Positions 28,379 to 39,590 of a DNA stretch of 64,000 bases are shown here, piece after piece; positions within the stretch are counted from its first letter, which is position 1, and the number at the start of each line of letters is the position of its first letter. Source of the DNA: Chrysomallon squamiferum. Taxonomy: Eukaryota; Animalia; Mollusca. The notes below the pieces were generated by a model, which saw nothing but the letters and a program-made list of their open reading frames with translations, was not told the origin of the DNA and made no database searches. A program made the translations under genes and the position numbers. The stretch spans positions 8,432,001 through 8,496,000 of the forward strand of contig CM022665.1 in NCBI GenBank assembly GCA_012295275.1, written 5' to 3'.

Positions 28379-30460
28379 TTAAAATTCAAATCCACTGGCA
28401 ATATCCAGTTCGTAGTCATAGTCATAAATATCCTCATCATATTCAAAGTCATTATCGGAGGGTTGTTCTTCACAGTTGGATTCATCACTCTCACTTGAGT
28501 CACCATCTGAATACTGCATTGCAACATGGAGTGCACTGGCATATGCATCATCATAGCGATCACATTTTTCCAATGAATGCAGAGATACTTTAGGAATGTG
28601 ACCCAGAGCAACAACTGATATGTTGTCAATTGGAGGAGGTATATGTGCCATGGAGCAGGGATATTTCTCTGAGACTTCATGCATCGTTGTTGTATATGGC
28701 AGTTCATTGTTGAGTATAAATATACTCTCATCAGTTGGAACAAGCAGTTGAAATCCATATGCTTGGACATCACCAGTGAAGTCTGCATTTGGAATGGAAA
28801 TTCTTCTCATAGAGACCACCCATTTGCTACGTACTTCATCCAGGATGAGAGCTGGTTGACCAGGATGGTAAATGAACACAGTATTGTCTCTGGCACACAT
28901 TACATAAGGTTTTATAAAATCATCATATGAAATATTTGGTGGAGGTACTTCCCAAGAGTTAAAGATTTTTGTCCTAGTATCAAACACTGCAAAACCTACA
29001 GACTTCTTGATACAGAATTCTTCAGATGGTCCTGTCCTATGTCTGTACCAAAGAAAGATATGTCGTTTATCTTTGACAGTTGCTCTAGCCAAACTAATGA
29101 ATCGTGAACCTGGAATCTGGAAACATGAGTACTGACGACTTGCCAAATTGCACACAAACAGGTGTCCAGCACCTTCTTTATTTCCAATCACATACAGCTG
29201 ATTGTTGCAGTGAACCATTACTGGAGGTGCTGTTCGGAAATTTGTCAGTGTTGTTCTGTAGGTAGGATTATAGAAATCCATTGTTCGAAAAGAGAACAAG
29301 GATGGCTGCCAGGTAAAGAGATCAGTTACAAGAATGTTAATTTTAAGCATGTCAGTGGGATAGGGAAAGCTGGAACACAAATACATGAACAGTTTGTTGT
29401 TTGTTATAAGCATGTTACATACAGTTTGTCTGAGTGGAATGTTCTGCAGTATTTTTTCACCAGTAAGTGGGAAATGGAACCATTTTTGTTCCACCAAGCT
29501 GTATACTAAAATTTTTAAGAACTTCAGCCCTTGATTGCAGACTACTGTTAAAATACAAGGTGTACTGCAATCAGAACCATTCAGTTTATCTTTCCAAGAA
29601 AGTGAATTCCCATTGTCTGGAACTGTTGGGTCATGAATTGAAGTTGAAATGGCTCCCTCCACTGAACGAGTAAATGAACCTTCCATTGAGCGTCTCATTA
29701 TATCACTGGTTGACATTTCCCTGCCAAGATATGAAGCTTCATTTGCAAGATCTAATATCCAAGATTTTATACAGGTAGTCAAATCGGGCAAAAAATGCTC
29801 TCTTGATGATTTGTCATGTTCAACCCATCTTTGTATCAGTTTTTTCAATTCACCGTAGCTAGTATGCTGAACAACTTTTGCATCTTCTAGCAACCGAAAC
29901 AGACATACTGGTGAAAGTTCTAGAATATCTTCATGAAATATAACATGATCATGAAAGCGTGATTCAATCATTTTCCGGGCATGATTGGCAACTTCTGGCA
30001 TATTATGATCTTCTGCAAGAAAACGCAATCTCAAGCAGTTTGAAAGATCCAAATTCCCAAGATCTATGTAGAACTGTTTACAATATTCTTTGATGTCATC
30101 AATTAGAAGAAAATCAGATATTTTTACTATATCTTCAACGATATCATTTGAAATTGTAAGTGATCCTGTATACATATAGTCCAGTACAAAACCAAAAACA
30201 CTATCGTTTTCAAGTACAAGCGACTCGGACAAATCTATATCCTTTATCAGTTTTTCTCTCATATCACATGTGAACATGGACAGGAAATACGGACTCCATA
30301 ATGCCAGAATGGCTTTATGTGCGTTGAATGTACGCCCATTTAAAGAAAGATTTACATCACACAGTTCTCCAGTTTCTCTTTGTCGTAACAGTGGACGTAT
30401 TATATAATCTTGGATATTCTTGGAAAAACATTTCTTGGGAGCTTTCATATAATGAGACAT
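28379..30460 (-). CDS. Intronless BTB/POZ-BACK protein with divergent Kelch-like C-terminal region and acidic tail (KLHL/KBTBD-like), 693 aa
   Basis: Single uninterrupted ORF. BTB motif LCDVNLSLNGRTFNAHKAILALWSPYFLSMFTCDMRE...VLDYMYTG; BACK motif LDLSNCLRL...LIQRWVEHDKSSRE; beta-rich segments (QLYVIG, VFDTRTKIFNSW); C-terminal D/E/Y-rich tail. Confidence 0.9.
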   Translation of the reverse strand: MSHYMKAPKKCFSKNIQDYIIRPLLRQRETGELCDVNLSLNGRTFNAHKAILALWSPYFLSMFTCDMREKLIKDIDLSESLVLENDSVFGFVLDYMYTGSLTISNDIVEDIVKISDFLLIDDIKEYCKQFYIDLGNLDLSNCLRLRFLAEDHNMPEVANHARKMIESRFHDHVIFHEDILELSPVCLFRLLEDAKVVQHTSYGELKKLIQRWVEHDKSSREHFLPDLTTCIKSWILDLANEASYLGREMSTSDIMRRSMEGSFTRSVEGAISTSIHDPTVPDNGNSLSWKDKLNGSDCSTPCILTVVCNQGLKFLKILVYSLVEQKWFHFPLTGEKILQNIPLRQTVCNMLITNNKLFMYLCSSFPYPTDMLKINILVTDLFTWQPSLFSFRTMDFYNPTYRTTLTNFRTAPPVMVHCNNQLYVIGNKEGAGHLFVCNLASRQYSCFQIPGSRFISLARATVKDKRHIFLWYRHRTGPSEEFCIKKSVGFAVFDTRTKIFNSWEVPPPNISYDDFIKPYVMCARDNTVFIYHPGQPALILDEVRSKWVVSMRRISIPNADFTGDVQAYGFQLLVPTDESIFILNNELPYTTTMHEVSEKYPCSMAHIPPPIDNISVVALGHIPKVSLHSLEKCDRYDDAYASALHVAMQYSDGDSSESDESNCEEQPSDNDFEYDEDIYDYDYELDIASGFEF

Positions 30461-31250
30461 TTTCCTTTACCTAAGTCGGTTTCATGACAAATTCATTTCA
30501 TGTCCATAGTGAATTATTATAATGAATGCAAGATCATTCTGAAAAATCGATATCGGAATGACATCTTTCATCGTCTGCTATTTCGTTAGAGTTATCCACC
30601 TTTAATGGTCTCCTTCATGTTTTTCTGACATGTTAAGGGTGTAAAAACTAATTACGATGTACCTTCTTTGTAGCGTTTGTGGAGTATGTCATATGTTTGA
30701 AATTTCCTTCCAAAGAATTCTAAGAAAATCTTGCTTAAATGTATCAACATACAGACTATTAACAGTATTATGAGTATAAAAGACTAAATGTAAAACGAAA
30801 CCTCGAAAACGTGCACGTTTTTTTCTAGGTTTATTTATATTTTGCATCATTATTTAATAAAATTTGTTCATTTTTATGATTTTGTATTCCGAAAGTATTA
30901 TCACTTCAAATCACTTATTTCTGGTATTGTTTTCCGTAATACTGTAGTTTAAATATAGATCTGACTTAGGGACTTGCGCTTACGCAATAAAATTGTTATG
31001 CTTTAAATATCTAACTTTAAATAACAATGCTGTTTAACCTTATGTAATTAAAGGAGCTCTTCTTACTCATTATTTCCTTTTCTTCCTTACTATAAAAAAA
31101 AAAAAAAATTAAATTAAACTGTCGTGTTTCAAGGTGTAATGTAATTTTTTTAATTTAGATCCCTTCAAATATTCCTTACCATGGTGATGTTAGTAAAAAA
31201 AAATTTCTTTAATTTTTAATTTGTTTTTATTTATTTATTTATTTTTTTAG
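30461..31250. promoter_or_regulatory. Bidirectional promoter between the BTB gene and PRORP
   Basis: Head-to-head start codons are only ~850 bp apart, with elevated CpG. PRORP has an acceptor (ttttttag|) at 31250, which requires a non-coding first exon in this interval. Confidence 0.6.
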
Positions 31251-31311
31251 ATGAAAAGCAACATTTAATTGCTGCATACTTCCAAAGAAAACTAAAGAAA
31301 AGATTTTCAAT

Positions 31312-34300
31312 ATGTTTCGAAATATAAGGTCAAAAATTCTAAATCAAGCACTGACAGCCTATCAGAATTTTGAATGTTTTTGTTACAAAAGTTCCCTGTA
31401 CCAGTCTTCCAGGAGAAGCCAATTTCTGTTTCAAAGAAAATGTTATTTACATAACTGCAGAACTGGACATTGTTTTAAACTTAAATCAAGCCAGAAATAC
31501 AGAAGACAAGTTCTGATTTCACAATCAAAATTACCTTGCTTAGATATATTTTCACAGTTTTGTATAAATGTTGGAGAAATATATTCAGACAAGGATGATA
31601 ATGCTTTTTCTGATAATGAAAAAAATGACCATGATGGTCAGATATCTGGCAGCAGTTCTCTTTATAAATTTGGACAGAGTGTAGAAACATCAAATGCATT
31701 GACACCAGAAGAATGGAAAACACTGGAAAATAATATTCTCAGTGAAAATCCAGATTTACACAAATCTTGGACTACTCTTTGTATGATGCTTATACACGCC
31801 AGTGGCAATTTTGAACAAGGTGAGAATTTACTGGATTACATTCGCCATCATCAAGGTAAAACTCCTAGTATACCAACAATTTCAACTTTCATAGCTCTTT
31901 GTGGTAAAGTAAAAGGAAAACAGAAACAGGACTTACTGCTGAAAGAATACAATGAATTGAAGAAACATGCAGAATTATTTGATAGCATCACCACTAAAAA
32001 TCTCATTATTGGATTTTGTGGAACTGCTGAGTGGAAGAAGTCATTAGAATTTTTGGAAATGACCAAGTTAACACATGACCCAGGTCCTGCATATTACAAT
32101 CCAATAATTGTGGCTGCACTGAGAGAAAAGGAAATGGATTTGGTAGATTCTCTACTTAATACCCTGGGGAATAAAAATGCAACTCCAGGCAATGTGGTTT
32201 TTGAAACTTTCATTGACATGTGCGCTAGAAGCAAAGGACAAATTGACATTAGCTCATTGCTGAAGTACTTTCGAAAGTTCAACTGGCTTCCAAACCAAGA
32301 ATTGGCATGTAAGATAGAAGACTTCTTTATGAGGTAAATACAGGTTAATTTTGTCCTTTCTAATTAGCTGATTTCATCTCAGATTCACAGGTAGAAGTAA
32401 CTGTGGAGTGAAAAGTTACTCAGTGTAAATGCATTAGAAAAAACTCATAATTGTCTAAAAAGTTTTGTCTTTTATTTCCAGTTCTGTGTCAGAAAAATGG
32501 AAATGTATTTGGACCACTGTGGATAAAAGGTATGTTTAATATTTTTGTTTTCACAAGTCCTAATAAAAATACAGGTTATCAAGAACAACATGTAATTTCT
32601 TTTCATGACTTTGTCATCAGCAGTGTATTTTGGTATATGTGGTGTATGTATGGTGTGTATGTAGGTGAGAGAGTGTGTCACTGAACATTCTGAGAACAAA
32701 ATATTTGTAAAACTACTTAATTGTGGTAGCTTTTAGACTTGTCTTTTCTTTTTCTAATTCTTATGTTGTGATATTTATTTAATGTTATTTATTAAAGTGG
32801 AGTGTGTCAGGCTTGCAAACATAAACTGGACCGGATAGTTCTAACAGATGCAGACTTTCAGAATCTTCAGCAGGAGTTCCTTTCCAGTGCTCTTATTGGA
32901 GAAAATGTTTACTTGAAATCTAATCCAGAAGAGGTTGAAAGGTTTAAAGATTTTGTTCAGGAACATGCACCATTTGATGTAGTCTTAGACGCACTGAATG
33001 TTACAGCTTTAGGCAGCTCAGTTATGGTAAGTTTTTAAATGTCAGTGTTTAAGATTTTTGTGGTTTTTCTCTTTGGTCTAATTCACTGTCTTTCGTGTTA
33101 GAGGAAATTGAATCATAGTTCTATTTCCGTAATAAATCAGTAATAATTTTTTTTTTTTAAAGTAGGCTTGACAAAAATAAAAATAAACTAAACTAAATTA
33201 TTGTGATAGTAGGCTTCTTTGTATTGGAAGTATAAGAAGAAAAAAGAATGTTTTAAAACCAATTAAATTTCAGAAAAAAAATGTTTTAGACAACTATTAA
33301 CATTATAATAAACAGTATAGGATTTTTACTAAGTTTATGATCTCCCATTCACATTATTACAAAACAGAATCAAGTGTTACTATAGTGAAATAAGTAATTA
33401 TGTAACTATTTCATAAATATAAATTGGTTAATCTAAATATAATTATTGTTTATTTATTTTTAGGTTTAAATAATTTAATTTTTCCTTTGTTCCTGAGAAT
33501 TAAAGAATTTGGGGGAAGATTTTCATCAAGCAAAGGCTTTCTGTAATCCGAGATAATTAAATTTGAAAACATACAAGCTTTTGATTGATAGTGCAAGTAC
33601 ACATCCTTATGAAGTGTCAGTATCATATAGATAAAAGCCGTTGTTAAAATTTAACATTTACACTACCACACCAGAAAGTACATGACATAAAATATAAAAA
33701 CAGAAACCAATACAAAAAATAAACCAAAATAAGCTAATATGTTATGCAAAATAAATAACTAAATTAAATGTTTTCAAAAAAATTAATTATTATTTATTTT
33801 TTCATTGCAGTTGAGAAAGGTTGTTGAATTCTTTGCTACACATCATAATCAACGAGTGCTTGTTATTGGGAGAAAACATATGGAGAAAACTCTAGGAAGA
33901 AACTTGCAGCCCATCATGAGAATGGCATCTGTTTTTTTCACAGATAACATGTAAGACCTAATGATAAATTCTCATAAATAATGGTGAAACAATAAAAAGA
34001 TATAAAAATTAATCTGAAATATCTTTATACAGTAATATTACTTTCAAAATAAAAGCCAAATGAAACAGTCAAGTTCCTCAATAAAATAAATATTGGTGAA
34101 AGTTGAAATAATTTCATCCATATTTAATTATTTTTCTTTAAATATAACAAATAAGGTTACAAAACTTGTTTTATCATCCACCATGCAGATATTAGCTTTC
34201 AACAGTGTCAGAATCATTTTATGTAATTTCAAGACCATTAATATGAAATCCTTAAAATAAGATGCCAAATTATGTTAAAGATTTATTACTAATCAAAGAA

Positions 34301-35151
34301 ATCAGCTTTAGCTGAGTGTTGTTTTAAAATGTTTTGCATTTTTCATATCACTATTTTATAACTGTCATTGCTGCAGATCCAAAGATGATCCTTTCACACT
34401 TTATGCAGCAATATACAGTGGGAAATCTACAGTGCTTGTTTCCAATGATTATATGAGAGATCATAAATGTCTGCTGAAACCTCATCTACAAGAAATCTTT
34501 GAACGATGGCAAAGATCAAAACAGATTTCTATGAAAAAGCAGAATTATGCCAATATAATTCTTCAGGTAATGATTATTTTGTATAATACACTTTGCTGTT
34601 ATTAAAAGATGCAATTATCAGATCTTCATTTAACTTTTCAAGGCTTTTTGTGTTATATCATTCTGTTTCTTCATATTTAAAGCACCTACAAAAACCTTAA
34701 AAAAATAAATAATTTGTCTTATGTATTTACCATTATGCAGTGTTACTTCCCACCCTCAAATATATTAGGAAACTACAACTGAACTTAATATGAATTGCTT
34801 CATAATCATGGTTTAATACATATTTTCATTTATTTATTTTTCATTTTCTGGTTGTCTGATTCTAGATCCATATGACCTTGCATTGGAGTAATGTAAACTC
34901 ACATACAATTTAATATTGTTAAATTAACTAACCTCAGTTTTGAAACTCTTTTATTTATTTATGACTTTTTTCTCTTTTTTAATATACACATGTAGATGCC
35001 ACTCAGGTATGATACAGGTCCTCAAGAAGATTCTAAAGGTTGGCATATTCCATATGAGGATTTTAGTGAGCGTGCTGCCTACGAACATCCCAATACATAT
35101 TTGTGTTTACGTCGCAAATCACAGTCCAAGAAAAATAAAAAGGCTACATAA
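31312..35151 (+). CDS. PRORP: Mitochondrial protein-only RNase P catalytic subunit (PRORP/MRPP3), ~594 aa
   Basis: Exons 31312-32333, 32482-32529, 32798-33026, 33811-33950, 34377-34566, 34996-35151 (1785 nt). Basic N-terminal presequence-like segment, PPR-like helices (YNPIIVAAL), Zn ligands CQAC...WHIP...LCL, and NYN metallonuclease motifs FDVVLDALNV, LVIGRKH, KDDPFTLYAA, VSNDYMRDH. Confidence 0.95.
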
Positions 35152-37904
35152 CAATTAAATACATCATATTGATGTCCATGGTAACACTTTGCTGAATTAA
35201 CTTTTTAAATAAAGCTAAAATTTATATTATAACACCTAGATTTTATTATTTATTTTTTATCAATGGATGATCATGAAATAAATGGATTTTGAAACATTTT
35301 TACTTAATTTTTTTCATGCTCTTCTCCAAAATATTTTTGTCCTTGCAGGTATATAGGATTTTCTGTTAAAGTAACTTGAAATGAAAAATTATTAAGGACA
35401 TTGTAAGATACATTTTACATATATATAAAATTCAAGTTGATATTTTACACGAGTGTTCATAACAAAGAAACAGCATTTAATTTAATAAATGAATGTTTAA
35501 AACCTGATACAGTTTGAATGGTAAGTTTTAAAAAGATAGTGAAAAAATTAATATAAAATGTAATATTTCAGCTTACTCACAGCTGGGAAAGAAGAGTTAT
35601 TTGGCAGCCTCTTGTATTAGAAATGTTGGTTTTTCCTTAAAACAGATGGATATTTTAAGAGTTCATGTTTCTCAAATTAATGTCTCTGAAACTAACATTT
35701 TGAAGAATCTTTTAATCAATAAGCTGTTAATTTAAGAAGAAAAAAACAAAACACAAGAAAAGTTAAAAATTAATAACTCGTGCTACTTTCTTTAAACCTT
35801 TATTTTCATGAAACCAATAAATATTATTGACATATGAGAGTCCCATGAAGAGACACATTACCTTACCTTCAAAAATAATTCCGAACACAAGTTACTAATA
35901 TATTAAAAAAAATTAATAATAACAATAATAATATTAAATACTTCAAACTATTTATATAATGCATTCTCCATATGTACACCAGTAACATAAAATCATTGAA
36001 ATAAAAGAAAAATAACCAATTCTGTTAAAAATATATGTGTATATACTTGTATATCAAAACCACAGCATCATTTTTATTTTTAATTTGATTACAGTATTGA
36101 TTGAAATATTCCCAAACACCAAACACCATATATTATTACTCTAAGTATGTTTTGGCCTTTTAAACACATAACAAAAAAGTAATAAGATGAGGTTTTGGTT
36201 CACAACACTTGCACATGCTATTGCGCATGTGTGTAGATTCATACCAATACATTAGTTGCACCCTAAGCCCCCAGTTATTTCACTGCATTAACACACTACT
36301 TTAATATTAATTCTGGAAAACAAACATAAAAAAATTATGTTATAGCTTAATTATGAAACATTCCTTTGTAAACCAACTGCAACTTAATGCAGTATTAAAC
36401 AAACAAGAAATAACTCCATATTCTTTTCAAACTCATGTAAAATTTTAAAAATTACAGCTGCACATACTTAAGCCTGGAGCATTACTAAAAATTTCAACTA
36501 GTGATTTGTTTTACCAATTTAAGTCCAGAGCAAAAAAAAAAAAAAGAATATTTTTTATGTTATATATTAGCAAATATATTACAACATTATATAAACTGTT
36601 TTTTATAATTTATTTGAAATGTGTATGACAAAATCAGTACAATGTCTTTCTAGAAAATAAATCAGTATACCATTTATGCTAAATAAATGTAGGTATGTTC
36701 AGAAATGAAAAAATGAAACGGATGTTTCAGTAACATAAGTTTAACTCAAATTATAAAATGAAACTTGAAAGAAAACAAAACTGAGGATTAGATGACACAT
36801 CATTGCTGTGATGTAACTTTCTAGAAGAAATGAGTGTCATTATAAAGAATAAAACATAAATCAGCAATGTAGAATATATATACAGTAACTTAAGTACATG
36901 TATCAGTTATTCTGTGGCTGATGTTAGAAAACTGAAAAAAAACAAAAACCCACTGATTAAAGTTTAGATTATTCATCTTCACTTGAAAAATATCACTTAA
37001 TTTTAAGTCTTAATTTTTCTTTTTAAGCCCTGACATTAAAGAAATGAGAGAGCTTAAGTACATGCAGCCATGGCACAAAGGTTTACAACAACAACCAGAA
37101 CAAGTTAGATGAACTTGTTATTCAAGAACACACAAGAGTAATTAGGTTGGCTATAAAGAGATACTGACACATATTTTGGTTTTGAATTTAATCTTACCCG
37201 CTGAGACAATTGACTAATTGTATAACAGTTTTTGGTTTTCATATGACTAGCTTTACAGGTTGGAAGAAAAAATATAACCGAAACAAAATAAATAATTGTC
37301 AAATGATTGTTCCCTGTCAGAACAATAATGTCATGTTTGCAATGCTTTCTCTTTCAGCCATTATAAAACAAAAACAAATGCAATACTTCAGATGCTTCTC
37401 ATGCCATTCATTTAATACATGTAAACCAAGTGTTGAAAGTAAAGCAAGATTTGTGATAAGAACAAAATTTATTTGTGCATATATAATAAAAAGATAGTAA
37501 TTACATGTCTGACATGGTTAACTATTTGCTTAGTTGTATTTAAATTTTTCTTGGATTTCAACATTTGCCAATATAATTTAAAAAATAAAAATAAAAACAA
37601 TAATGTAACAGTAAAATGAGCAATGGTGCCTTACTTTGTTCTGAACACAAATGTTTACACTATCACAGAAATTAATACATGAACTTTCATTTATTTACTT
37701 ACTTTTTGTTTTGTTTTGTGGAGGTATTTTGAAACTATATATCTTACATACTTATTAAAGAAATACATATCTGAGTGGACTACAGTGTTTATTATTTTGG
37801 GACATCATTAATTTCTATAATATAAAAAAAAAAATGTATTGCTTCCTCCATAAATTTCTTAAGTAAATATAAATTTAAAAATGAATGCAATAACTCAGGA
37901 AAGT

Positions 37905-37949
<45 letters not shown>

Positions 37950-38924
37950 GAAATAAAATTTCAAATAAAAAAAAATATAAATAAACAAATAAATAAATAA
38001 AACATTTGATTAAAATATGTGCGTGTGTGTGTACACATGTATATGAGATTAGCTATAAAATAAAGCTAGGCTGAATAGAATAAACAGCTGGAAGTAGTAT
38101 AAACATCAGAGTTCAGGTAAAGGCTAGATGTAAGTAAAGAGCTATAATTCTAACTCAACAAATCACAATATGAAGCAATATATCAAATTTCAGTTATTGA
38201 CCTTAACAAAGCAAATACTAAAAGAGAATACTCCAATTATATCATTGCTGATAAAATATTTTATAACCTCCTTCAAATATACATATGCACTAGGAACACA
38301 ATCACATACAAACACAGAAGTTTGTGTTTAATGATTGTCAAATAAATAAATCAGTGCATTAAAAAAATGTGTAACAATAAATATTTGTCTTAACATTGTA
38401 TATAAAATCTGTCAGACCAAAACACCTTTGTGTTTGGAGTAAAATAAATCCTTAATTCAAATAATTAATATTAAAGTTTTATTTTAAAATACCTTTATTT
38501 ATAAAGATACCAGCAAGATTGTTATTACTGAAAAAATAATTGTTCCTGTTCTTACAATATCTTACTGTATACAGAGACAATGAAGTCAATGAATGATAAT
38601 GAGAAATTGAGAATTGAGGTGGAAAAAATTATTATTCTAATAAAAACACAACATTATAAATATAAGACTGAGAGAAATAAAAAAAAGAAATGAAAATATA
38701 TTTTATAAAGACTTATTATTTGAAATGAAATTCAAGTAGTTTCTTCTAGAAAAAAACACAACCCCCCCCCAACCTAACTGACGTCAATTAAAGAAAAAGC
38801 AGGAAAAAACCAAATAAATGTATTTATCTATATCTACATAAAATTCTTTTTTAATAGTTCAAGAAATTTTACAACTATTGTCTTTATTAAGATGGATTGA
38901 TTCTTAAAATTTGTTGTTTGTCTA

Positions 38925-39590
38925 TTTTATTCATGCAGCATATTATTACATACATAGCAAGCATATAAAATAAATATTTTCAATTCTAACAATTTTGAAA
39001 TATTAGTGTTTTTTTTGTTCTAATGCTGCAACTTACTAGAAATGTTACAAACAGCAAGCAATACAATCATCTTAGGCTCTATAAATTTCATGCATATAGT
39101 AACATTTGTTTGTTTTGTTTGTTATCTGCTTTTTGTTTTCTTTTGGGGGTTTTATTCTGTTAGTACATTTTATTGTTATAAACACATCAAGCATATAAAA
39201 CAAATATCTTTAGTTAAATAAATTTCAGATTCTTGCTGTAACATTTGCTGTTTTGTTTTTTGTTTTTATTCTATTAGTGCAGCTTATTATATAGTAACAT
39301 ATAAAACAAATGTGTTCGGATGTAACCATTTCATAAAATTATTTGCTGTAACATTTAAATGTTTTTATTCTAACAGTGCGAGTGCAACTTATTAGTAATG
39401 ATGCATGTACAGCAACATAAAATAAAGAAATATCTTAGGCTCCAAAAATTTCATGTAACATATATTGTTTGTTCCTTTTTTCTGAGGATGCAACTTATTA
39501 CTAATGCTACATACCCAACAAACATTAAAAAATAAAATAAATAAATATCTTAGGTCCTAACAAATTCAGATCTTTGATGTAACATTTACA
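38925..39590. repeat. Degenerate tandem array (~6 units of ~90-135 bp) in the SLC35B2 3' UTR, overlapping the stop codon
   Basis: Recurring order ttattct..tgcaacttatta..gcatataaaa..aaatatcttagg..aaatttca..tgtaacattt, with units starting near 38926, 39017, 39152, 39266, 39365 and 39480. Confidence 0.8.

Noticed and set aside
28369-29858. Overlapping and antisense ORFs within the BTB gene
   Set aside because: They are shadow frames of a real CDS with no independent motifs.
38925-39590. Repeat array as a CRISPR-like locus
   Set aside because: Units are degenerate along their whole length with no constant repeat and unique spacer pattern. There are no cas genes and the context is a eukaryotic 3' UTR.
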